The notes beneath the pieces were generated by a model. That model ran no database searches. It was not told the DNA's origin and saw only the letters and a program-made list of their open reading frames with translations. A stretch of DNA of 63,846 bases, the filler included, from Collodictyon triciliatum (Eukaryota): the NCBI GenBank assembly GCA_043381765.1. It is 8 parts of 8 records of this genome, joined end to end, with 100 filler letters (N's around TTAATTAATTAA, not from the genome) between each part and the next. Parts side by side here need not be neighbours in the genome. Positions count along the whole stretch, not along the records: positions 25,017 to 33,246 come from JBHJMP010003517.1; positions 33,347 to 41,576 come from JBHJMP010003518.1; 6 more parts are not named here. One strand, 5' to 3'. How positions within the stretch are numbered: the stretch's first letter is position 1; each line of letters opens with the position of its first letter. A program made the translations under genes and the position numbers. Of the stretch, positions 25,244 through 37,151 are shown in pieces.

Positions 25244-27941
25244 ATTATCTTTTTTATAATAAAAAATTATGGAATACGTTCTAATAGATTCAGACATCAA
25301 AGCGGTGGTTACGTCAATTTGTTAGCCAAGATTGCAGCTCCTTTGGAGTATAGTCACTTGGAAATAATCGAATGGTTCTCATTTGGATTAAGCTAGTATA
25401 TGCAAAGACTTATTGGTGCAACAGTAATTCTGCATCCTATCTCGATATTTCAAATTTTATTACAATCAAAATCTCTTACACAAGTTGGAAGGACGGAAAA
25501 ACCTCTATCAAAATCATTCATATATATGCATTCATGCTTCACGATGGATATTATTTTTAATAAAGCACAAATGGGTAAGATCCATCAATAATTAACATTC
25601 CAAGGAAAACTATATGGTATTTATCAATTTAAACAAATTATTATAGAAAGGAACGAAAAGGAAGGAAATGGTTGTATTTTTTTTTGTTAGTACTGAATAC
25701 ATATATCTCCAAAATCGTGATGAGCCATGAATGCAACTTCTGTGCCCCGCTGGCCTGCACCTTAAACGACATGCGTCACTGTTTTCAACCAAGGTACAAA
25801 ACAATTATGTCGGACTGTAAAAAATCTAAAAGAGGCATGTTGTTATTCCAAGGAGGTTATAGTCCAAGATTCAAGTATAAATGGGATTCATTCACTATCA
25901 ATCTACAATTGATTGCTTCGCACGTACATGCGCAGGGGTTTGGTGATTATTATATTCACTTATCCATCATCAAGAAAACCAACAAATGAATTACACTATA
26001 ATGCGATGGCAATCTGTGGGCAGGGCACAAACCCTCTGTAAGTCGTTAATTACATAAACACAACATCTATATCTATTGACCCAATGACATGTGCTACACA
26101 AATCCCCAAAGAAACCAACTATTCAAAGAATATATCCTCTCACCATCGATTCATTCATGCAGGCTATCCTTGCCGAATAAGGTGGGATAGGCGCGGCGTT
26201 GAGCGCAGCGTGTATCTTTCTTATCTTGGGATGGCTGGGATTTGTAGCGCTCCACACTTAGAACCCGCCCTCGCTGATGACTGAACCACTAATGCGAGTC
26301 ACTACGCAAACTGGTGGGGTATTTTCCAACGGTTATACGCGGTGCCGTATCCTGACTCCGTGGGGAGCAGCCCCATGGCTTCAGCACGGCTCCTGACAGT
26401 AGTGTCTATTGTGGGAAACAATGCACCAACTGTCACGTCCCATGTGCGAACTAGACCCCCAAATTTTTTACTCTTTTATTCTTGACATTCTGCACGTGGG
26501 TTAAGGAATTTGGTTCAGGACAACAGAATACATACATTAAACAAAAGATTTAACCTAATCAATTTTTCTTATTCTTTGATATTCTTTGCCATTTACAATT
26601 ATATTCCACATCAAATTTATGAATGTGACATCCATAACCTATGATTTTTCAATAACATCAATCCACAATCAAACATCTAATCAGCATCAAAACCAATCTG
26701 ACTCGAATCCCTTTTTCCGTCCCCGTCCAAGCGCTACTGCCAAGTAACTCGCACTGAACCCACGGGTAAATCGCTCCTCATTGGGGCAATGCCTTTGTGC
26801 ATTAAGAGTCGGGATAAAGTCGTATGCAATCGGTAACGCCAAGTCCTTGCGACCAGGGTTATCCGTTTATTCAAGTTTCGTACTCCCTTTTTTTCGTTCT
26901 TTTCAAGGCGGGCAGCTTCAGCAACAACTCGCCTCGCAAGCGCGACCTTTTTTTTCTTCTTTTTTTTTTTGTGGCAGCAGCAGCAGCTGGTCGGTCGCCA
27001 ACCAGCCTTGAGTCTCGAGTCGAGTCGACCAGCAACTGTTGTCCGCAACGCACAGCCACTCACACAAGCATACACACTTGCACACACTCAAATGCGAGAC
27101 TCAAAGACCGCAAAGGTAATTTACTGCACCAGAATACGATGAAGTATTCAAACATAAGAAATCAATATTGAATTATTCCATATATCCAGAATAAACAATA
27201 TTGGAACATGGAATAATTTGCCGTCGCTGTGAGAAACCCCAAGGATTGCTCCCTCTGGACTTAAAGCGTTGACAACCTCATGGTAAGGAAGAAGATAAAA
27301 ACATGTATCACGAATAAACATTGAGATTAAAAGCACGGAGGAGCACACAAAGCAAACAAGAAAAGGAAAGTGGTACAATATATTCCGTACCATTATAATC
27401 ATAAATGTAATATTTCCGGAATTTACAATATTTGCGATTATTGTGGCACATATTGAATACTATGCCATTGAAATACCTGAATTATTAAACAAGCGCATAT
27501 TAAATACATAATTAGATATATAGTATTCAACGCTATTCATTTGCTTCTCACTTGTCTCAAAAACACAACAGAGCCAAACCACACACGAACACACGGCCCA
27601 ATCCGCCTACCATCTTATATATATAGAGATGTCTATGACCACATCGTCTTCTCGGAAAATTCGCCGGCTGCAGTGGGATTTTGAAGCTTCCTCCGTTCCA
27701 AATATATGTGTGGGTTTCCGTCTGTCTTCAACCTGCCAACAGATTCCTCTCTCGACGCGCTTGCCATTCTCTCTGTGTGCAACCTAACCACCCCACTCGA
27801 TCAACTCTCGTCCCGTTTGATCTGCCAAGCGCACTTGCGAGACCAATAAACACAGATTAAAACACTGACAGATAACCCAGCAGACTCGCCCACACAGTCC
27901 TCAGAACCTGTCCAAACCGCCTTCGCCCCTTTTCTCTTGAG

Positions 27942-29962
27942 ATGACCGACAAGAATGAGCTTTTGGAAGAGGTCCGAAAAATCTCTGGGGATGCCAACAT
28001 CGCCTCCCTGAAAAGTTCCGAGAGTCTGTCACTCTATGGCAAAAGCCTGACAACTGTTCCTCAGGGTGTTTTCTTGCTGACAGGTCTCAAGGTATTGAGT
28101 CTCTCTGGCAATCGGCTCTCCTTACTGGCACCGAAAATATCGTGTCTGTCTGGTCTCACATTTCTTAGTGTTCGTGAAAACAAGCTGTCATCGCTGCCTT
28201 CAGCAATATCCCGTTTGACTGGTCTCAGTGAGCTTGATGTTGGCGACAATCAACTGTCATCACTGCCACCAGAAATATCCCGTTTGACTGGTCTCAGTGA
28301 GCTTTATGTTAGCGACAATCAACTGTCATCACTACCACCAGAAATATCCCGTTTGACTGGTCTCAGTGGGCTTTATGTTCAAAATAACCCGGTATGTTTT
28401 TATTCCTTTGCTGTTCTGTTCGCATTCAGATTAAAATAGAAAGTGACTGACAGCGATTCATACAGATGGAAGAGCTCCCACCACAAATGACAACGCTGAC
28501 GAATCTGCTGAGACTCCGGATGTGGGATGGAAGCAAGGCTGACATTCAGAGGGCACCACGCGGCATAACAGCACTCCCGCTGTGGACAAACTCGAGTTTT
28601 TGTGACTACGAATACATCCACAAGATCAAACTCACCGATTCTGTAAGCACACACCTGCCCACCATTTACCAACCCAGAATCAATCCGCTCATCATTTATC
28701 CAACTCTGAGACAGTCTCCATCGACACAGGTCGCGACCAGCCCCAACGTCCTGCCAGGTATCTATGCTGCCCCAACACCAACATCAGCCCGAGGCCCAAC
28801 ACCAACACCAACACCAACACCAACATCCGCCCGAGGCCCAACACCAAAATCAGCCCGCGGCCCAACGAGATCGCCCCCTGCAGAAGACCCTGACAGCGCC
28901 CCGGTTGTTGGAGACTACGCAGACGTGATGGGGGTCGACCTCACCAGGCAGGAGGTACTCGGAGAAGGCAGCTTCGGGACGGCGTACAAGGTGCAGCTGC
29001 GCAAGGGCACGGTGGCTGTCAAGGTGCTCAAGAAGAAGGCGAAGCCAGGAACGGCAGGGTACGAAGATCTGACGGGCGAGGCGAGGCTGATGTTGGAGCT
29101 CTCGCACACAAACATCATCGGCCTCTACACCTACGGCTGCAAGAGCCAGACCATCTTCTATGTCATGGAGTACGCCGACGGTCGCAGCATATGGGACGTC
29201 ATCAAGCCGCCCGCGGGCAGTGCGATACCTTTCGCCGACTATATCCAGTACTCACTCCACATCAATGCCGGCCTCAAGTACTTGCACACACGCACCCCGC
29301 CCGTGGAGCATCGCGACCTCAAGCCTGAGAACGTCCTCCTCTGCCGCGGTGTTGCAAAGATATGCGACTTTGGCCTCTCCACAGCCCGCGAAACCATCTC
29401 CCGCACGACCGGCTTCAGAGGCACACTCCACTACGCTGCCCCAGAATACTTTGACAGGGACAAAGGCTACGGACCCCTGAGCGACATTTACACCTTCGGC
29501 CTAGTTATCTGGGCCATGGCTGAGGGCAAGCGCCCGTACGATGGTCTTAACATGGGCCAGATCATGAACGAGAAGCTGCAGCAGAAACTCCCGCCGATTC
29601 CCTCCGCCACCCCCGCCAAGCTGGTCGCCCTGCTAAACCAGTGTTGGTCCTTCGAGCCGCGTGGCCGCCCCTCTGCGACCGACTTGGAGTTCAGGCTGGC
29701 CGACATCAAGACAAATCCAGACCCCGACAATGGCAAAAAGAGGAAATCTGTCAAGGATATGACAAACCCCGAGCTTGTTGCCTATCTCAAAGAAAAGAAC
29801 GTGTTGTCAAACTTCGTATCTGTGATTGAAAAGATGGAAAATTTTCCTGGGCGATTGTTTATCCAATTGGTGGAGCGTGACCTAACCTTTGCCCCCTTCA
29901 ACTTAGGAGAAACACAAGCTTTTCTCATTTTTGAAATAATCAAAGAGGCAAAAACCTCTTAA
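27942..29962 (+). CDS. LRR - Pro/Thr linker - tyrosine-kinase-like (TKL) protein kinase - SAM-like domain
   Basis: LRR exon 27942-28391, intron 28392-28465. Kinase motifs GEGSFG, VAVK, HRDLKPEN, DFG, GTLHYAAPE. C-terminal VKDMTNPELVAYLK...FPGRLFIQL is SAM-like. Possible extra in-frame intron from 28643. Confidence 0.92.
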
Positions 29963-30206
29963 CCAGATTTCTCACATACCCATAATTCCTCCTCTCGTTT
30001 TCCCGATTATTGATGCTTATGCCCACCCGGCCTGTGAGACTCATCCCCACCTTCCCACGCCCACCACATCTCAACCCACACAACAGAATAAAGTTTACTA
30101 TATGAAAAGAGAACTGGCTGCGTCCCTTCTGGTGGCGAGAACTGTAATTAACTCCGTTTTTTGGGTGGCAAATAGTTCGTTAAGAAGCTGGTCGGTCTGC
30201 GGGAAG

Positions 30207-30236
30207 TTTTTTTTTTTTCCTTTATTCGATTCAAAG
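30207..30236 (-). mobile_element. Copy of the ultra-short element (CTTTGAATCGAATAAAGG-A12), no clean TSD
   Basis: + strand reads T12-CCTTTATTCGATTCAAAG. Confidence 0.8.
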
Positions 30237-30700
30237 TGCAGCGAGGTTATGCCATGCATGAGGTGAGAAAAACGTTCATGGTAGGGAGGCAACGCGAGTA
30301 GGAGAAGACACTACTGTGGAGAGGCTTTCACTGGAAAGAACTCAGTGATAGCGAGTTGGTCAGGTGGGCGGCCCAAATGGTTGATTGGCTGCGTGGGAAG
30401 CAGGGGTTGGATATGTTGCGGGATATATCTTTAGACACATCACCACATCTGAAGCGAGGATTGGGTTTGGGTATTCGTTTCTTGCATAGAATCGCCACAC
30501 CTGCGAGTCGGTTGATTATCGTCACAGGACGACATTTGTGGACCTTTCCATGATTCATTATTGGTTAGATTGTCAGGGCTGAGCCATGTTTCTTGGAGGC
30601 AGATGATGTCTGCATGAGTGAAAAGAGCAGTGTTTAGGGCCTCTTTTCTTTTTTGGGGGTCGTTAATACCCCCAACGTTCCACAACAGAACGTTAAAATA
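30237..30700 (-). mobile_element. Decayed non-LTR retrotransposon APE-type endonuclease fragment
   Basis: LLWNVGGIND...ADIICLQETWL, then after a frameshift AGVAIL, and later NVFSP (NVYAP-like). These are the ordered motifs of LINE apurinic-type endonucleases. Frameshifts and stops are present. Confidence 0.8.
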
Positions 30701-31593
30701 TATGGATAGTCTATTAGGTTTTGGAGGCCGTTGAGTCTGGTGATTAAACCTCTCCGCTGGAGCTGGGTTGCTCAGAGTGGGATGGTTTACTCGAGTTACT
30801 CTTTATTTGGCTGTTACCATAATTGCTTGTGATTCTGCAAATTTTCACTCTATGAACAAAACACATAATTCTCTCTCGTATTGTTACTGCATAAATTCAT
30901 TGAGGTCTTTCTGTTGCTGTGTCTAACATCGTCGAACTGGCCGAAGCATTTATTACGTCTCCATCTGAGGCTGAACAGTTCTTAAAAAACTTTCAGGAAG
31001 CAGGCTCTTCGGCTCGTAAGAGGTACAGAAGCATTTTGACAGGTGCTACAACCTACAAGTTTCAACAGAACGAACGAGTCATTTCCTTTGCATTCCTGGT
31101 ACACTGCATAAGGGCAGTAACATGTTTATTTTCTTGGCTGTAATATACACTTTTTGTTCTACTCCTGTTTTCATGGGCTTTAGTCTAAGTGGAGCTGGTG
31201 TTGTCAGTTCCATTATTCATCTTCTCCGTTCGTGACTTTCTTACATCCTTCAAGGGGTATCTTTTATTTCAAATTTAATGAGTGAATCTGAACACTGTTT
31301 AGCGCATATATTCCTTGGGTATTGCTTGACTTCGCAAATAATACTGTAGATATATATTGAATTACCAAAAAACAAAAAACAAAAAACAAAAAACAAAAAA
31401 CAAAAAACAAAAAACAAAAAACAAAAAACAAAAAACAAAAAACAAAAAACAAAAAACAAAAAAATAAATAAAATAAATAAAAAACATATAAAAAGAAGAG
31501 CAAGGAGCTCTTTCACGTTTTTATTTGGGTTCATGAAAATCACGAATTTTTGTTCCAATCGTTTGTAAGAAAGGACATCTAAATTCTCGTGCT

Positions 31594-33151
31594 TCAAGTG
31601 CTAATCAGCTTCGTCGATATATCGGATTCCAAGTACCAGTTCACCGATATCATGGCTGATTCCTTGTCTTTGTTGTTTGATTTTGCAACTTGCTAGAACC
31701 GGGATGCGCTTATCCAGACCCTTTAAGTCTTCAGCATTCAGCTTAATTATGATTACCAAGTTAGTGAAACACGAACCAAATTTTGTAGGAAATAAGGGGA
31801 TTAAATGAATCCAACAAATACTTCAGCAGCTCCAATCAGCTGACGATCGGTTCCTGTGACAACAACCTTGATGCCATGGCTCTTGACTACCTGTGCAATG
31901 ATAAATTTGTTAGAATGAGTGTCGTGTCACTCCGGGACGTAAATCAATTACTCTTACAGACTCTTCCAGTGAGAGAAATCCGAGCCTCAACCAAACATAG
32001 TTTCTCTTGTCCCTGGTGGGTTCACTAAAGAGCTCGTGTCTACGATTTACGGCCATCAAGCAAACTTGTTTATAATGAATGCAAATGCAATAAAAATAAA
32101 CTTCATAGGGGTTCTTCCAAAAAAAAAATGGAAAGGAGCGGCCGGATTTGAATCTTACCCCGCCACAGTAATTTTGAGAATGACTTGTTGGTCAGGGATA
32201 TTCTCCAGCGTTAGGTAAGCAGACTCAAAAATCAAAAGGGAAGGCTGCTCAATTGTGACATCCCACCTAAACTCAATCCATCCCTTTAAATCTTTAATCT
32301 TGGGCTGCATATAATGATAAATACGATTAGCATGGCAGTTCAAAGGGAACGATAAACAAGAAAAACATAAACATTCATCGGTGTAGCTACAGATTGATAA
32401 ACGAGAAGACTTCAAGATATCTAATTAATTGACATTCATTCGTCTAGTATGGAGTTTTATGTTGAAGAAGAGTAAGATGGAACGTACATTGACTAAATGT
32501 GCACTCTGCGTGCCGGAAGCCGTCAAAAGCATTGTGACAGGGAATATGCATTTACCTGAGGATGGTTTAGGTTTGAATAAGAATGATAGAACAACAGGAT
32601 TGAACGGTATATACCATGAATCTGACTCACCCATCTCTTCTGGAACACGAAGAGGACCATCACTATCATAGAGCTCAATCACTAGTTTTTCGTTCTCGAC
32701 ATCAGACAAGCTGCTTACTTCCAACTTGGCTTCATGAACACCTTCCCAAGTAGGATTCAGGTCTGTTTTGGGATTCGAGACAAGAAAATAGCGAATAAGG
32801 TCAGGAGAGTTACATATGCTAAATATGTCTAATTATATCAAGGATATATTTGATGACGAACGCACTTTTAGGTATAACAACAGACTGGTACGCTGTTTTA
32901 TCTTTGTATTTAACAACGAAGAAAGGATCAGAGGTCACTAGTTTTCCTAAAAAATTCCTAACAGCCGATTCAGTTCATACTTGTTGAGCAAACAGTCAGG
33001 ATGAAAAACTTCATTTCAAATGTGGGATGGGAAGTTCATGGAGATTATAAAAAGCAGACTGGAGAACAGAATAGAAAAAAAAGGAGTACATGTCAAGCGC
33101 AGGTAACTCATGGCCTTTGACCTCGGAAAACTTGAGCACGTATACCGGCAT
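31594..33151 (-). CDS. Multi-exon C2-domain protein
   Basis: MPVYVLKFSEVKGHELPALD|GKTSDPFFVV...|NLNPTW...LVIELYDSD is a typical C2 signature. Later beta-rich exons end ...STKLIST*. Confidence 0.8.
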
Positions 33152-33346
33152 CTTTCAAAGTTTTGGGTAGAGTGAGTGATTTAAATGCATGAAATATTTG
33201 TTTCAGATACATAGACATAAAACAAAAAGACAAGATGACAAAAAAANNNNNNNNNNNNNNNNNNNNNNNNNNNNNNNNNNNNNNNNNNNNTTAATTAATT
33301 AANNNNNNNNNNNNNNNNNNNNNNNNNNNNNNNNNNNNNNNNNNNN

Positions 33347-33423
<77 letters not shown>

Positions 33424-33522
33424 AAAAACAAAAAACAAAAAACAACAAACAAAAAAAAACAAAAAACAAAAAAACAAGGAACAGAACCTGCGACCGCACG
33501 CAGAACCCAAGCAAAGCGCACG

Positions 33523-34029
33523 ATGCAAGCACAGTTTGCCCGCCACTACCCGCCCCCGCAGTACATCGAGGAGGCCGAGCCAAGCAGCAGCCGCAGCACA
33601 CATCCCGCCCCACTCGGCGCGTGTCCCTCTTCTGCGCTTTCCTCCTACTCGTCCGAAATGCCGCCGCCCTCCGCCGCCCTTCTGAGTCCGCAGCCGCACC
33701 TACAAAGCCCCACAGTACCCCCGCCACAGGGCCACTCCCAACTGCCCGTCCAGTCCACGTATTCGCCTGTCCACTATCCTGCCGTGTATGTTTTCAGTCA
33801 GCCGGGAAATACTTGCATATTACGCGTTTTCTCTGTAATATCATTTTTCTCTCTTTTCTCTCTCTTTTTCTCTCTCTCTATTTGCAAACGCGTTCATCCA
33901 AGTCAACTCATGAAAATTATGCAGCCCAACATACACGTCCCATTATCCCCCGGCATATGGAGGAATGTACGCCCCGCAATACCAGTCGCAAGAGCAACAG
34001 TATCAACAGCCATATCAACACCAATATCA

Positions 34030-34060
<31 letters not shown>

Positions 34061-34895
34061 TCCTCTTACTTCACCCAGCAATACGTCATGCCGCCATTTG
34101 GCCAAACATATACATATCCAGTGGCTCCGTCAGCCCCGGCTTATCAAGCTCTCCCTTGGGTGTGTTTTATTTTCTACTCGCTACTTTATGCGGCTGAAAT
34201 TCATTCTGTTTGGAATTTGCCATCGTGGTCCCGCATGTGACTATATTGTCGTCGAATGGGCGATGATTTTTTATCTACATGCCTTTCTCTTCAATACTAG
34301 GTTCTCGAGAACGACCCTTCCGACAGGCTCACTCTGCACGGCGACCGATTGACAATATCTTTAGACTCTAGAGGAAGTGGCTATGCTCTGGGCACCCTTC
34401 CGCTCTCAACCGGAAGGTAAGTGGATGGAAGAAATCGATCCATTTTCATTCCCATCGCCGATCTGGCTGAAAACATCAAGCATTTCACAATTAAATAATC
34501 TACTTCCCCCCACTGCAAGATGGAGCTGGTCGGTCAAGATAAACAGCCTCCACAAGACATGCGAGGTTGTGATGGGTGTTGTGCAAAAGAACCCGACGCT
34601 GCCCACGGACTACATGGCCTCGTACTCGTCCTATTCATGGAGCTCCACTGGATATGTTTTCTCAAGTGCCGGTCCGAGCGACCCATGTCCTCGAGCCCGC
34701 TGCGACGCCGGTGACGTTCTCCACTTTGTCCTGGACGTTGCAAAGTCGTCCATCAGCATGACAAACACGCGCACAAATGCAACTGTGACGCAGCCGCTGG
34801 ACAAAGGAACAATCGAGGAGCGCGGCCCGTTCTATCCTTACATCCACATGTCCACCTTCACAGATGCCATCTCTGTCAGTGTGTTTTCTTCGTAG
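33523..34895 (+). CDS. Pro/Gln/Tyr-rich N-terminus plus SPRY/B30.2-like domain protein, 4 exons
   Basis: The spliced frame gives GYALGTLPLSTGR|WSWSVKIN...VVMGVV...GDVLHFVLDV...FYPYIHM, a SPRY pattern. GT-AG junctions are phase-compatible. Confidence 0.8.
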
Positions 34896-35505
34896 AAGAG
34901 CACGCTCGACCCATCAACTGCCCGGTGGTCCCAAGGCATACACAGGCAGACAACCGAAAGCACGTTTCATGTGATGGGGCTTGTCATTCTGCACTTTTGC
35001 ACACAGCATCGCCTTTCCCCTGCCAAAGGCAACCTCGCAAATGATTCCAACCTCTTTCCAGTTTCGCTTGCCCGCCAGTGTAGAGAAAGTATAAGAAAGA
35101 AAGAAAAAAAAAGAATGGACGGCAGCATAAAACACATTTGAAGAATGATCAAAGCATCCAAAATGAAAATGAGTCCGGTCACATGTCTTGCAGTGATTTA
35201 TTAAACTGTGACTGTGGTAGTGATTTTCCTAGACATGTAGGGGTAATAGATACTATTATTCCCGTTGATTAGAAAAGAAAAAGAAAAAAGTAGTTATTTT
35301 CTTGCACTGCTGCGCTATTCTTTTTCGTGGCGGGAAATCAGAAACCAGACATGGGAAAAGATAAAAACATGGTTTTATTCGTTTGCATCCGCCGAGTGGG
35401 CCGGTTCCCTGTATTCGATGAAACTGATTAGTACATCATCCGGGGCGCACGACAAACCGATTATGAATGCAGTTATGATTTTAATGTATACAGATTTTTT
35501 TATTG

Positions 35506-35757
35506 TTAGTACTTTGATTTGGATTTCTTTCTCAAAGACTTTTTCTTCTGCTTTGTCAAGGATGAATCTATGTCGAGTTTTCTTGGGTTGACATGAAATG
35601 ATTGAATAGTGCATGCTTTCCTCTTTTCATGAAAGAAAAAGTAAGAAATTAAAAAAAAAAGAAAAAAAGAAAAGATGCCTGCTTCTTCATCATCCTCTGT
35701 TGGCACTGCGTTACTCGCACCTCTGCCTTTTGAAAACGAGCGCAAGATTTTTGGCAT
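35506..35757 (-). CDS. Possible small basic protein
   Basis: ATG-started ORF with an in-frame T-rich, intron-like middle and a Lys-rich end. No family recognised. Confidence 0.25.
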   Translation of the reverse strand: MPKILRSFSKGRGASNAVPTEDDEEAGIFSFFLFFLISYFFFHEKRKACTIQSFHVNPRKLDIDSSLTKQKKKSLRKKSKSKY

Positions 35758-36184
35758 CCAGCTCTACAAGCAAGTAAGCAAGCACATACCATAAATATAG
35801 AAGATAAGAAAAGAGAAAGGAGGAGCGCAACAAGACAACTCATGATGGCTGAATTTGTTTTTACAATGCTGTTGCGGCCACTCGAACGGGTTGGCGAATT
35901 GGGCCCCGGCTCAACGTAATCATGAGGCGAACGGACGGGCGTGTGCGCGTTCTGGCCTTCCTGTTTTTGCTCTTGGCTTCGGCTCGGTGCGATGGCTGTG
36001 CGCCACTGTTCCGATTTGCATATTCCAATCGACAGCGAGTCGAATTCCTGTGATGTGGTGGTGGGTATTGGGATTCGTCAGTGCCAATGGCATTTGCGTG
36101 GTGGCTAATCAAAAAAAAAAAAAAAGATGAAGATATAAAGAGGAGCTAAGAGCTCTTTCGAAATGACAATATAAGGGGCTAGCA

Positions 36185-37062
36185 TTATCTGTCCGAGGTG
36201 GTAAATTGAATCAAGGAGGCGAATAGTTTTTCCACAATCTTGCGCAAGGTGGAAAGGAAGAATAAAAAAAAAAAAAGTGAATAGTTTGAGTGCGTCGCAC
36301 TGGAAATGTGACAGGAAGACTCAATGTCCCTTGTTTGTGGACGTCAGCCCACATCGACCGATTGGCATGAGTATTTTCAAACGCAACTACAAGGTGAAAA
36401 TTATATGCATTTGGCGTATGGTTTCAGATATCTTTAGTTTCGCGTGCAGGATTCTTGTTCAAATCTCTACGGTAAAATGTCCATCATCTCATCAAGGTTT
36501 TTTTTGTGAAATAGGTGATTGATAGTAAAGATTTGATTGCACAGTGCTACCTCTGAAATCAGGCAAGAGCGTTTGAACACTTTCGACTAATGGCAAAACA
36601 ATAAAGTCGATAAAGTTGAGAGTCATTTTGGCTGGGTCGGTGTCGTTGCGGTCCATGTATGGTGACACAGCAAATCCAATCTTTTTTTCAATGTCCCCCT
36701 GCGGAGTGGAAAATAGTGTTTATGGTTAGCCTATGTTCCTGATGCTATGCAATCATCTGATGTATGCCTTGTACTCATCGCCAGATACGAACAAAAAAAA
36801 GCATCTTGATTATAACTCAGAGCTTTTTTTTACGAAATCCCTTAAATCATGCTTCAATTACATTCAATTATTTATTGTTTTTACAAAAAATAAATAAATA
36901 AATAAAAAAGATGACTTGTGACAGGAACTCCGCCATGACTCTTTCAGACCATCCTCGCGCAACATCCGGCGGTCGCATTACATTCCCTAAATCAGCCGTG
37001 TGGAGAATCATTCCAACAAGGAGCACACGGTCATCAATACTGCAAGGATTAGGTATGTAAAT

Positions 37063-37151
<89 letters not shown>

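Noticed and set aside
25017-26500. Possible decayed transposon sequence, also at 16900-17370 and 53180-53400
   Set aside because: Only fragmentary frames and short inverted motifs; no family can be supported without a search.
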